IMG/VR virus record: IMGVR_UViG_3300047272_000250
Span: 40,394-104,393 of that record
Length of the DNA: 64,000 nucleotides
From: a virus
Lineage: Duplodnaviria; Caudoviricetes
Direction: 5' to 3' (one strand)
Shown: one piece after another, positions 39,813-47,005 of the stretch
Numbering within the stretch: the stretch's first letter is position 1
How the letters are laid out: each line of letters begins with the position of its first letter
Translations under genes and position numbers: made by a program
The notes under the pieces: generated by a model
The model's input: the letters and a program-made list of their open reading frames with translations, nothing else
Told to the model about the DNA's origin: nothing
The model's database searches: none

Positions 39813-40125
39813 TCGAATTTAGAGAGTGTATATTACTAGCGAGTAATATATAGCTAATATAGAGATCATAGATATTATAAATTTATTCTTATTATTCATT
39901 GTCTTTATCTCTTTTCTAATACTGAACTTCCAGATTTTTTGCATACAAACCCTATACCCTTTTAAGAAAAAACTTAAAAGATCCCCGAAATTGTCAGGTT
40001 ATAAATCCGCAATTCATCGGTTGAACCATAGTGGCCATGTAGCTTATCTGAAAGTAACACTTCCGTCATTTAGCACTTGGAGTTTAAACCCTTGATATTA
40101 TCTCCTAAAACTGTCCAAGGTTAAA

Positions 40126-40155
40126 ATTGTAACAGCAAAGAATTTTCTATGTCAA
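40126..40155 (-). promoter_or_regulatory. Leftward housekeeping-sigma promoter
   Basis: TTGACA-N18-TACAAT with TGT immediately before the -10. Confidence 0.65.
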
Positions 40156-40223
40156 CCCCGCCTGGTCCAAATTCATAAAAATGTTAACAAATTTCGTTTT
40201 TGTATCATTCGTCTTTTTTAAAA

Positions 40224-40239
40224 TCGAACAGGCGTTCGA
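40224..40239. promoter_or_regulatory. LexA (SOS) box, actinobacterial type
   Basis: TCGAAC-AGGC-GTTCGA, a perfect consensus match. Confidence 0.75.
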
Positions 40240-40308
40240 ATAGCGAGCACAGATGTGGGCTAAATCACATAGATAAATGTCCGAATTGTCCGTGTTGGTG
40301 CTTGAATT

Positions 40309-40330
40309 TGTCAGTCCCCTGTGTTATAGT
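40309..40330 (+). promoter_or_regulatory. RecA-NDp/PafBC-type promoter 1
   Basis: TGTCAG-TCCCCTGTGT-TATAGT. Confidence 0.8.
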
Positions 40331-40377
40331 TCTACTATAAGAAATTAGCAAATAGCTAATAAAGAAAGGAATTCAAA

Positions 40378-40590
40378 ATGAATTCACTAAATACACTAAC
40401 AGTAGTAGTAGAACCTAGCCACTCAATGGCTTCATCTAACACTAAGAATAATAATATCTTCCGCCTTGCTAATGGTAACTACATTAGCCGTATGGCTTAT
40501 GTTTATATGGTAGCCTCTGAGAATATGGTTTCTCACCGCTACCTAACACCTAACGAAAGTCGTTGGGTATTCGCTAATCGTGTGGCGTAA
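40378..40590 (+). CDS. Hypothetical early protein
   Basis: GAAAGGA RBS downstream of promoter 1. Confidence 0.75.
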   Translation: MNSLNTLTVVVEPSHSMASSNTKNNNIFRLANGNYISRMAYVYMVASENMVSHRYLTPNESRWVFANRVA

Positions 40591-40669
40591 CTCACACGAT
40601 AATAACTTGACTTTATCCAATCTAATCAATTAAACTTATACCATAACAAAAAGAATAGGAAATAAATAA

Positions 40670-40837
40670 ATGACAATAACTTACTCAATCTGGCAGGGTT
40701 CCCGCCTTCTATCAATCGACAATATCGCTAACGATATTAAAGAAATTGACCACTTAATGAATTCGCTAAATGCTAGCGACTTAGGCAAGAAAGTTAAATT
40801 CTCTGCCAACGTTCAAGGAATTAAGGTAACTAAGTAA
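40670..40837 (+). CDS. Small hypothetical protein (55 aa)
   Basis: MTITYSIWQGSRLL...; TAGGA RBS; below the track length cut-off. Confidence 0.65.
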   Translation: MTITYSIWQGSRLLSIDNIANDIKEIDHLMNSLNASDLGKKVKFSANVQGIKVTK

Positions 40838-41005
40838 ATGGGTTACGTTGAATTCTTTCGCCTTGATACTGATGGGGCTGGCTGGGTAGATTTATCTAAT
40901 GCCCGCCCTAGCGAATTGCTTGACCTAGAAATAGGGCTTGAGTTAGAGGGTAGCCCTGTGCTACCATTAAACGGAACTTTATTCTCTACACCTGAGAATA
41001 ACTAG
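40838..41005 (+). CDS. Small hypothetical protein (55 aa)
   Basis: MGYVEFFRLDTDGAGWVDL...; abuts the previous stop. Confidence 0.6.
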   Translation: MGYVEFFRLDTDGAGWVDLSNARPSELLDLEIGLELEGSPVLPLNGTLFSTPENN

Positions 41006-41195
41006 AAGAATAGGAAATAAAATAAATGGAAATAACATTAGAACTATCTAAATGGGGCTTTGGTCTTTACTCTCCTTGGTTTGGTATTGACCTAACTTGG
41101 GGCTTTATTATCACCGCTGGAATTGTTACCCTCGCTGTTAAGTTTCTTAATAAGCGTGGTTTATATTTCTCTAATAAGTTTAGAAAGGTTAAGTA

Positions 41196-41381
41196 ATGAT
41201 GACACGCAAGGACTACGTTAAAACCGCCGCAATTCTAAAAACACATTTTGAAAATAACCCGCAACTTTCTCAAGAAGTCTTCGAGGATTTAGTTGATGAA
41301 TTTTCTTTAATGTTTGAAGAAGATAACGAAAGATTTGACTCTGATAAATTTTTAGAGGCTTGTCTTCCTGATTTAGAATAA
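41196..41381 (+). CDS. Hypothetical early protein
   Basis: MTRKDY...DNERFDSDKFLEAC; GAAAGG RBS. Confidence 0.75.
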   Translation: MMTRKDYVKTAAILKTHFENNPQLSQEVFEDLVDEFSLMFEEDNERFDSDKFLEACLPDLE

Positions 41382-41402
41382 AAAAAATAAATAAATAAAA
41401 TT

Positions 41403-41430
41403 GCTGCGACGATCTCGCAGCTTTTTTATT
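41403..41430 (+). terminator. Intrinsic terminator
   Basis: GCTGCGA-CGATC-TCGCAGC-TTTTTT. Confidence 0.75.
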
Positions 41431-41509
41431 TTATAAATAAAAAAATAAATAGTTGAAATTTCAACTAAAAGCGGGCCACCCCGCTGTCGGGCGTGTCTGT
41501 TAAGAAACT

Positions 41510-41518
41510 TGTGGATAA
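41510..41518 (-). promoter_or_regulatory. DnaA box
   Basis: TGTGGATAA, the reverse complement of TTATCCACA. Confidence 0.65.
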
Positions 41519-41530
41519 CCCCTGAAAAAA

Positions 41531-41546
41531 TGTGATGTGATTCACA
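41531..41546. promoter_or_regulatory. CRP-family site
   Basis: TGTGA-TGTGAT-TCACA. Confidence 0.7.
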
Positions 41547-41585
41547 TTTCAAAATGTCCGATTTGTGGCATTACTGGTCAGTAGA

Positions 41586-41607
41586 TGTCAGACCCCCCTG
41601 CTATACT
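41586..41607 (+). promoter_or_regulatory. RecA-NDp/PafBC-type promoter 2
   Basis: TGTCAG-ACCCCCCTGC-TATACT. Confidence 0.8.
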
Positions 41608-41656
41608 TCTAGGTATAGAAAGTTGAGAAAGGTTCTCAAACTAGAAAGGAATTCAA

Positions 41657-41839
41657 ATGAATTCAAATGTAATAATCGAAGTATGTAAAACACATACACC
41701 TAATAAGTCTGCTAAGTCATTCCATAATGACACATGCTACACATTCTGCGAAGTTTGTGAAAACAATATCGAATCATGGTACATGGACTATGATTCAGAC
41801 CGCTTAAGCGGTTGGTCTTCATGGAAGGTTTCTAACTAA
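41657..41839 (+). CDS. Small Cys/His hypothetical protein
   Basis: GAAAGGA RBS; CKTH, CEVC. Confidence 0.7.
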   Translation: MNSNVIIEVCKTHTPNKSAKSFHNDTCYTFCEVCENNIESWYMDYDSDRLSGWSSWKVSN

Positions 41840-42303
41840 TGAATAAATTAAAAAATCAGATAGATGAAAATGAATTCTATCAAATCGTTGATGAAATGTT
41901 CTATTGCTGTGATGAGTCACAGTTTAGACACTATTGCAAAAAGCATACCGAACTAATGGGTTGCTACTATTGCGAATTTGACTATACACAAGAATGTGAG
42001 TGTAAATAAATGAAAGATTTATTTTGTAAAGGTTGCGATGAATTCGTAATTGAAATGTCCGAAGAGGAATCAGAATTTATTTCCGTCCTCTGCTCTAATT
42101 GTTGGGAGATATAAAATGGAAAAAGATATTTTTGGTTTTGCAGATGCAATTCAATTAGACCATTTAACAAAAGAAGAGTTAGAAGAAATTGCAATCATGT
42201 TAGGAATTAAAGAATGAATTTTTATCAAACGTTTTTCGTAAGCGGTAATGCATTGTTTTGGTTTTCAATGATCAATTTATTTATTGGTTTTTATTTATTT
42301 GTA

Positions 42304-42341
42304 AAAGAATAAATATGCAGAGCTTTGCATAAAAATGCGGG
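42304..42341. promoter_or_regulatory. Tandem ARG (ArgR)-like boxes
   Basis: AAAGAATAAATATGCAGA-gc-TTTGCATAAAAATGCGGG. Confidence 0.55.
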
Positions 42342-42398
42342 GCACCACGCATTCGGGCGTGTTGCAATTAAGACACGCCGATAAAACCCCATAAAATT

Positions 42399-42447
42399 TG
42401 TGAGATCGAACACAGTGTGATGTAGAACACATGTGACCTACACCACA
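42399..42447. promoter_or_regulatory. Three tandem CRP-like sites
   Basis: TGTGA-N6-ACACA, TGTGA-N6-ACACA, TGTGA-N6-CCACA. Confidence 0.55.
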
Positions 42448-42480
42448 AAGTCCCAAATGTCCGATTTATACCCCTCAAAA

Positions 42481-42502
42481 TGTCAGACCCCTCTGCTAGA
42501 AT
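42481..42502 (+). promoter_or_regulatory. RecA-NDp/PafBC-type promoter 3
   Basis: TGTCAG-ACCCCTCTGC-TAGAAT. Confidence 0.8.
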
Positions 42503-42733
42503 ACTATGTATAAAGATTAAAAAAGAAAGGTGGTCAAAATGACTACATTAACAGAAACTCTATTCAGCACTATCGTGCATGACTTTCACAATGGGGGAGT
42601 AAAATCCTCTTATGGGCTAGATGCCTACACACGCAAGGAAATCCTTGCTTATCTCTTACGCTCTAAAGGCTGTAATTGTATAAAATGTCTGTGATGTAAA
42701 TCACCCCGACACTTTGGGGAAAATCCCCCAAAA

Positions 42734-42755
42734 TGTCAGACCCCCATGCTAGAAT
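42734..42755 (+). promoter_or_regulatory. RecA-NDp/PafBC-type promoter 4
   Basis: TGTCAG-ACCCCCATGC-TAGAAT. Confidence 0.8.
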
Positions 42756-42787
42756 TGCTACCATAAACAAAAAGAAAGAAGGACAAA

Positions 42788-42991
42788 ATGTCAGCAAATG
42801 TTTATTCAGTTGAAAGCCTCTTAGTAGGTCAGGAATACTTTTCTAAGAGTGTTCGTGGAAAAATCGTAAGTGCAGAAAAGCACCCCCATGCAGTATGGTA
42901 TGAAGGTTGCGAAAGTTACCTTGTTGAAATCCGCCCGCAGTATGGAATTAAAAATACATACCGCACAATTGCCGTTAAGACTTCTAACTAA
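42788..42991 (+). CDS. Small beta-rich hypothetical protein
   Basis: GAAGGA RBS downstream of promoter 4. Confidence 0.75.
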   Translation: MSANVYSVESLLVGQEYFSKSVRGKIVSAEKHPHAVWYEGCESYLVEIRPQYGIKNTYRTIAVKTSN

Positions 42992-43601
42992 GAAAAGAGA
43001 AAAAATGATAAACGCAACAATTACAACTTACTCAGGCGATAAGAAAGTTATCCCTTTTCAAAATCGTGAAGCCGTTCAGAAATTCATTCAAGAATTACCT
43101 AAGCGACTTTCTAAAAACACTTCCGTATTCTTTGAGTGCGATATCTTTTCAATTTCAGGAACAATCAGAGGAGAAAAATAAATGGGACAATTAAAAGAAA
43201 TTATTGCCGTTGCTTGTGATGAGTGCGGTGGTGCAGGATTTTTATTTTGGGGCGATGAAAATAACTATGATGTAGAAACTTGTAATTGCGAATTTGATGA
43301 AACGGAGTTAATTTAATGTTGATGACTAATGGAGATTTACTAGCAATTATTATTGCGCTACTAGGTTTAACTGTTGCACTTGCTTATCAGTTTATTTTTA
43401 TCCGCCGACTAACGGAAGAAAATGAAATGCTATGGGAAAAACTAACTGATTTAATTAAAGAAAAAAATAAATAAATGGAAATTTTATTTTTAATCGGGAT
43501 GATCGTCGGCGCTGCATTTTTTATTCTTGCAGCTGTCGGTGATATCTTTTTTTAGTTGAACTTTCAACTAATTTAGACACGCCCGAGCGAGGCAGGCCGC
43601 C

Positions 43602-43622
43602 TGTGGATAACTCTGTGGATTA
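43602..43622 (-). promoter_or_regulatory. DnaA box pair
   Basis: TGTGGATAA-ctc-TGTGGATTA. Confidence 0.65.
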
Positions 43623-43629
43623 AGTACGA

Positions 43630-43645
43630 TGTGATTTTTCTCACA
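43630..43645. promoter_or_regulatory. CRP-family site
   Basis: TGTGA-TTTTTC-TCACA. Confidence 0.7.
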
Positions 43646-43682
43646 AAATTATTTACGACTTACCGACGGGTAGCCTAAAAAA

Positions 43683-43704
43683 TGTCAGTAAAGTCTGATA
43701 GACT
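43683..43704 (+). promoter_or_regulatory. RecA-NDp/PafBC-type promoter 5
   Basis: TGTCAG-TAAAGTCTGA-TAGACT. Confidence 0.8.
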
Positions 43705-43797
43705 TGTATTATTCACAACACGAAAGGGAAACTATGAACCTCGATGAATTCAAGGCACACGTTATCGCACAACGTGAAGCAAGCAAGGCAGAAGCCT

Positions 43798-43819
43798 TGT
43801 CAGTCCTATCCACTACAAT
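43798..43819 (+). promoter_or_regulatory. RecA-NDp/PafBC-type promoter 6
   Basis: TGTCAG-TCCTATCCAC-TACAAT. Confidence 0.75.
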
Positions 43820-43846
43820 TAAAGAAAAGAAAGAAGGTAAATAATA

Positions 43847-44062
43847 ATGGACTATCTCTACTCAGTTACTTGCACTTATGACGGAGACCGCTCACCACAT
43901 TGGGTTGGTCGCTATGACAACGCTATCGACGCAGTTAATTCTTGGAATAAGTTTGTTGATTGGGGTATGGCTAACGAATACTCTACAATAAATTTCTCAG
44001 AGCCTAATGGCAAAATGCACACAAAGATTTTTTATCGTAATGGAAATGTAGGTGGTAAGTAA
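43847..44062 (+). CDS. Hypothetical early protein
   Basis: GAAGG RBS; translationally coupled chain. Confidence 0.75.
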   Translation: MDYLYSVTCTYDGDRSPHWVGRYDNAIDAVNSWNKFVDWGMANEYSTINFSEPNGKMHTKIFYRNGNVGGK

Positions 44063-44268
44063 TGGTAGAACTAAAGCACTCGCTTAATTTTGTAAGCGAA
44101 ATAGATGAAACCTCTCGACTAGGTAAAATGCTAATTAGCCTGCCTGCGGATAAGCAAAAGGCTATGCTCGAAGATGCGTTAAAGGATGCAATTCTTCCTA
44201 CGCTACTTCCTGAACTTGAAAGAATTAACGAAGGTGCCTCATGGGCAATACTAAAGGTGGTTAAATAA
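44062..44268 (+). CDS. Hypothetical early protein
   Basis: TAATG coupling. Confidence 0.7.
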   Translation: MVELKHSLNFVSEIDETSRLGKMLISLPADKQKAMLEDALKDAILPTLLPELERINEGASWAILKVVK

Positions 44269-44543
44269 TGGGAAGCAATATGGCATATGACCTAGCAAGC
44301 GATGAACTAGGATTAGATTTGGAAGTGGCTATTGCTATGCACTTGCAGTCTAATCACTACCCGCCCGTTCCTACTTCGATGGTAGAACCTTGCATCGAAG
44401 CAATTGACGCATACTATGAAGAGGACTACAACAGAGCAATTCCTATGCCTGAAGGCGTATTCTATAAGGGAATGAAAACTGCACCAGCCTCAGCAATAAT
44501 CGAGCAACACCACTTATCAGCGTGGCTACCAGAGGAGTATTAA
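44268..44543 (+). CDS. Hypothetical early protein
   Basis: TAATG coupling; HLQSNHYPPVP, HHL.AWL. Confidence 0.75.
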   Translation: MGSNMAYDLASDELGLDLEVAIAMHLQSNHYPPVPTSMVEPCIEAIDAYYEEDYNRAIPMPEGVFYKGMKTAPASAIIEQHHLSAWLPEEY

Positions 44544-44691
44544 AATGGAAAACGAAAAAGTAAAACGTGTGCAGGAGTTGCGTCGCAGTAATGCTGCGAC
44601 TGCAATTCCGTCTAAGAAAAAATATAAAAGAAAAACTAAAAATAAAAAAGAAAAAATATTGCAATACTACAGCGATCTAGTATCACCATTC

Positions 44692-44729
44692 TTTAAATAA
44701 ATATGCAAAGCTCTGCATAAATATGCGGG
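44692..44729. promoter_or_regulatory. Tandem ARG (ArgR)-like boxes
   Basis: TTTAAATAAATATGCAAA-gc-TCTGCATAAATATGCGGG. Confidence 0.55.
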
Positions 44730-44765
44730 GCACCCCGCAGTCGGGCGTGTCTCTATTAAGGACAC

Positions 44766-44781
44766 TGTGATTTTTCTCACA
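44766..44781. promoter_or_regulatory. CRP-family site
   Basis: TGTGA-TTTTTC-TCACA. Confidence 0.7.
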
Positions 44782-44808
44782 AAATTTAGGGCGGATCTGA
44801 TTTGGAAA

Positions 44809-44830
44809 TGTCAGTCTAATTTGATAGTAT
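44809..44830 (+). promoter_or_regulatory. RecA-NDp/PafBC-type promoter 7
   Basis: TGTCAG-TCTAATTTGA-TAGTAT. Confidence 0.8.
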
Positions 44831-44858
44831 TAATATACCCGTTAAGAAAGGTCAACTC

Positions 44859-45581
44859 ATGACAAAATTAAAACGCTCTAATGATAGAAAGGTGGCTAAC
44901 CTTGTCACAAAAAACGGAAAGCAAGCAGCAATCGCTAACACATTCGGCCTACCTGCTGGAAAGAATTTCTCGTGCCCTGGTGCCACTAGTATTTGTGAAA
45001 GCGTATGCTACGCAGGCAAGCTTGAAAAGTTATTCAAGGGAGTAAAAACTAATCTCCTGCACAATTGGGACCTATTGAAGAATGCGGACCTGCAGGAAAT
45101 GTATACTCTTCTCTCAGAAATGGTTGCAGAATTTAAAGCTGAATGCGTTAAGAAAGACGCACCTATGCTATTCCGTATCCACTGGGACGGAGATTTCTTT
45201 AATGAAGACTACACACGTGCATGGCGCCTAGTAATTGAAGAACAGCCAGACATTCAATTTTGGGTTTACACTCGTGTAAAGTCTGCAGCACTCATCCTTA
45301 AGGATATCGAAAACTTATCTCTATATTATTCAACCGATGATGAGAATCTTCCAATTGCGACGGACCTAAAGCAAAACAGTGGTGTACGTCTTGCATACCT
45401 AGGTAAGACTTTCGCATTAACAGAAACTAAGATGAAAGAAATTACAGGAAAAGTTGGTGCACGGTGCCCTGAAAATAATAAATCAATTCCATTAATTTCT
45501 AGCAATGGGTCCGCATGCGTTTCTTGTGGTCTCTGCGTATACGGTAAGGCTGACATTAGATTTTCTGCAACGAAAAAATAA
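44859..45581 (+). CDS. GP88-like Fe-S/radical-SAM-related protein
   Basis: SCPGATSICESVCYA, FRIHWDGDFF, FWVYTR, C-terminal CP...CVSCGLC. Confidence 0.7.
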   Translation: MTKLKRSNDRKVANLVTKNGKQAAIANTFGLPAGKNFSCPGATSICESVCYAGKLEKLFKGVKTNLLHNWDLLKNADLQEMYTLLSEMVAEFKAECVKKDAPMLFRIHWDGDFFNEDYTRAWRLVIEEQPDIQFWVYTRVKSAALILKDIENLSLYYSTDDENLPIATDLKQNSGVRLAYLGKTFALTETKMKEITGKVGARCPENNKSIPLISSNGSACVSCGLCVYGKADIRFSATKK

Positions 45582-45737
45582 AATGATATATCTGATCATA
45601 CTTACTACGGTGGGAGTACTTGCCACTCCCGCCGTAGTTATCTCTTTACTTTATAATTCTGTAAATAAAAATTATAAAAAAGATTTTTAAAAGATGCGGC
45701 CCAGCTCGCTACTGGTGAGTATGTCAAATTACGGGCG

Positions 45738-45753
45738 TGTGATTTTTCTCACA
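45738..45753. promoter_or_regulatory. CRP-family site
   Basis: TGTGA-TTTTTC-TCACA. Confidence 0.7.
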
Positions 45754-45812
45754 CGATTTTACGGGGACAATTCGGACATTTTAACCATAATTAGGTATGT
45801 TCGATTAGTAAT

Positions 45813-45834
45813 TGTCAGTCAGGTCGTGTAGAAT
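45813..45834 (+). promoter_or_regulatory. RecA-NDp/PafBC-type promoter 8
   Basis: TGTCAG-TCAGGTCGTG-TAGAAT. Confidence 0.8.
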
Positions 45835-45864
45835 TATATTATCAAACAAACGAAAGGAAGCACA

Positions 45865-46014
45865 ATGACAACAACTCCAAAAATCGGGGAAACCTTCACA
45901 ACTGCTAAGTCTGGTGTATCAGGCAAGGTTGAGGAAGTAGTCAAGAACGCAAATGGCTCTTTGCGTGTTCGCCTCAATGTTGAGGGAACAGAACGCTGGA
46001 CAACAATCAAGTAA
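45865..46014 (+). CDS. 49-aa SH3/KOW-like protein
   Basis: MTTTPKIGETFTTAKSGVSGKVEEV...; GAAAGGA RBS; paralog of 46575-46757. Confidence 0.75.
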   Translation: MTTTPKIGETFTTAKSGVSGKVEEVVKNANGSLRVRLNVEGTERWTTIK

Positions 46015-46036
46015 GAAGGTTGGGGCTACTGGTAAA

Positions 46037-46058
46037 TGTCAGTAGCCCCTGCTACACT
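46037..46058 (+). promoter_or_regulatory. RecA-NDp/PafBC-type promoter 9
   Basis: TGTCAG-TAGCCCCTGC-TACACT. Confidence 0.8.
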
Positions 46059-46095
46059 TAAATATAACAACCCAAATAGAAAAGGAATAAATGCT

Positions 46096-46497
46096 ATGGC
46101 AAGAGCAATCTCAGTAAAGGTGGCAACACCAAAGGTAATCAAGGCTTTGGAAGCAAAGTTGGCAGATAGCAAGAGCGCAATCACCAACAATGAAAAGAAG
46201 CGTAAGGAATACGAGAAAACAGAAAAGGCTTGGGCTAAGGAAGTTGCAGACCTAGTATTCAAGCACATCTCAAAGGCAGAAGTTTCTGCACATGAGAACT
46301 ATCGTAATGAACTCAATGTAAATCTCACACTTCCAGCAGGAACAATCAAGTTGCCTGAGAAGCCTTCTATCGAACTTGAAAATGAACTTGGTCGCTATGA
46401 AGTTCAGGAAATCGAGAACGCAATTCGTATTCTCAAAATGACAGATGAGGACACAGTTAATGCCTCAACTTTCAAGTCAATCGCACAATATCTATAA
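46096..46497 (+). CDS. Hypothetical coiled-coil early protein (start MARAISVK)
   Basis: AAAGGA RBS before 46096; the track start lies inside the promoter. Confidence 0.75.
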   Translation: MARAISVKVATPKVIKALEAKLADSKSAITNNEKKRKEYEKTEKAWAKEVADLVFKHISKAEVSAHENYRNELNVNLTLPAGTIKLPEKPSIELENELGRYEVQEIENAIRILKMTDEDTVNASTFKSIAQYL

Positions 46498-46574
46498 TTC
46501 CCAATAGGGAACTCAACCTGAGCAAGTTGGAAAACTGCTCAACCAACCCACATAAAGAAAAGGAAAATAAATAA

Positions 46575-46757
46575 ATGGCACCAATTACAAATACAACAAC
46601 AGGTCGTTTCTATAAGAAGGGCGACACTTTCACAACAGGTAAGTCAGGAATTACTGGCGCAATCACAGAAATTATTTCTGTCCGTCCTAATCTAACTAAG
46701 TTAGGTTTGCAAACAGAAAATGGTTTGCGTTGGGCTATGGTAAAAATCGGCGCATAA
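46575..46757 (+). CDS. Small SH3/KOW-like protein
   Basis: GDTFTTGKSGITGAITEI; paralog of 45865-46014. Confidence 0.75.
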   Translation: MAPITNTTTGRFYKKGDTFTTGKSGITGAITEIISVRPNLTKLGLQTENGLRWAMVKIGA

Positions 46758-46760
46758 CTT

Positions 46761-46849
46761 TCATCGGGGGATGAATAACTACACGCAACACTAAGTGTAG
46801 TTGGGAGTCTAGGTTACCTTTCTTTCCTAGGCTCCCGCAAACCCGATGA
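46761..46849 (+). ncRNA. Candidate three-way-junction RNA with anti-Shine-Dalgarno loop
   Basis: Three stems of 8, 8 and 11 bp; loop TTACCTTTCTTT. Confidence 0.55.
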
Positions 46850-46856
46850 TCGTAGC

Positions 46857-46877
46857 TTATCCACAAAGTTATCCACA
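46857..46877 (+). promoter_or_regulatory. DnaA box pair
   Basis: TTATCCACA-aag-TTATCCACA. Confidence 0.72.
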
Positions 46878-46953
46878 GGCGCCCTGGGTCGCAAATTCGG
46901 ACATTTACGACATTAAGGAAAAATGCCTGAGATTGCCAGAATAATTAGACAGA

Positions 46954-46975
46954 TGTCACCCCAGTCTGCTAGACT
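46954..46975 (+). promoter_or_regulatory. RecA-NDp/PafBC-type promoter 10
   Basis: TGTCAC-CCCAGTCTGC-TAGACT. Confidence 0.75.
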
Positions 46976-47005
46976 TAATATATCAACCTAACGAAAGAAG
47001 GAATC

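Noticed and set aside
46761-46849. Hammerhead ribozyme
   Set aside because: It has three stems, but the junctions lack the CUGANGA, GAAA and UH core.
41510-46877. Captured bacterial oriC
   Set aside because: The DnaA boxes are few and spread over 5 kb among phage genes, with no dnaA or dnaN context.
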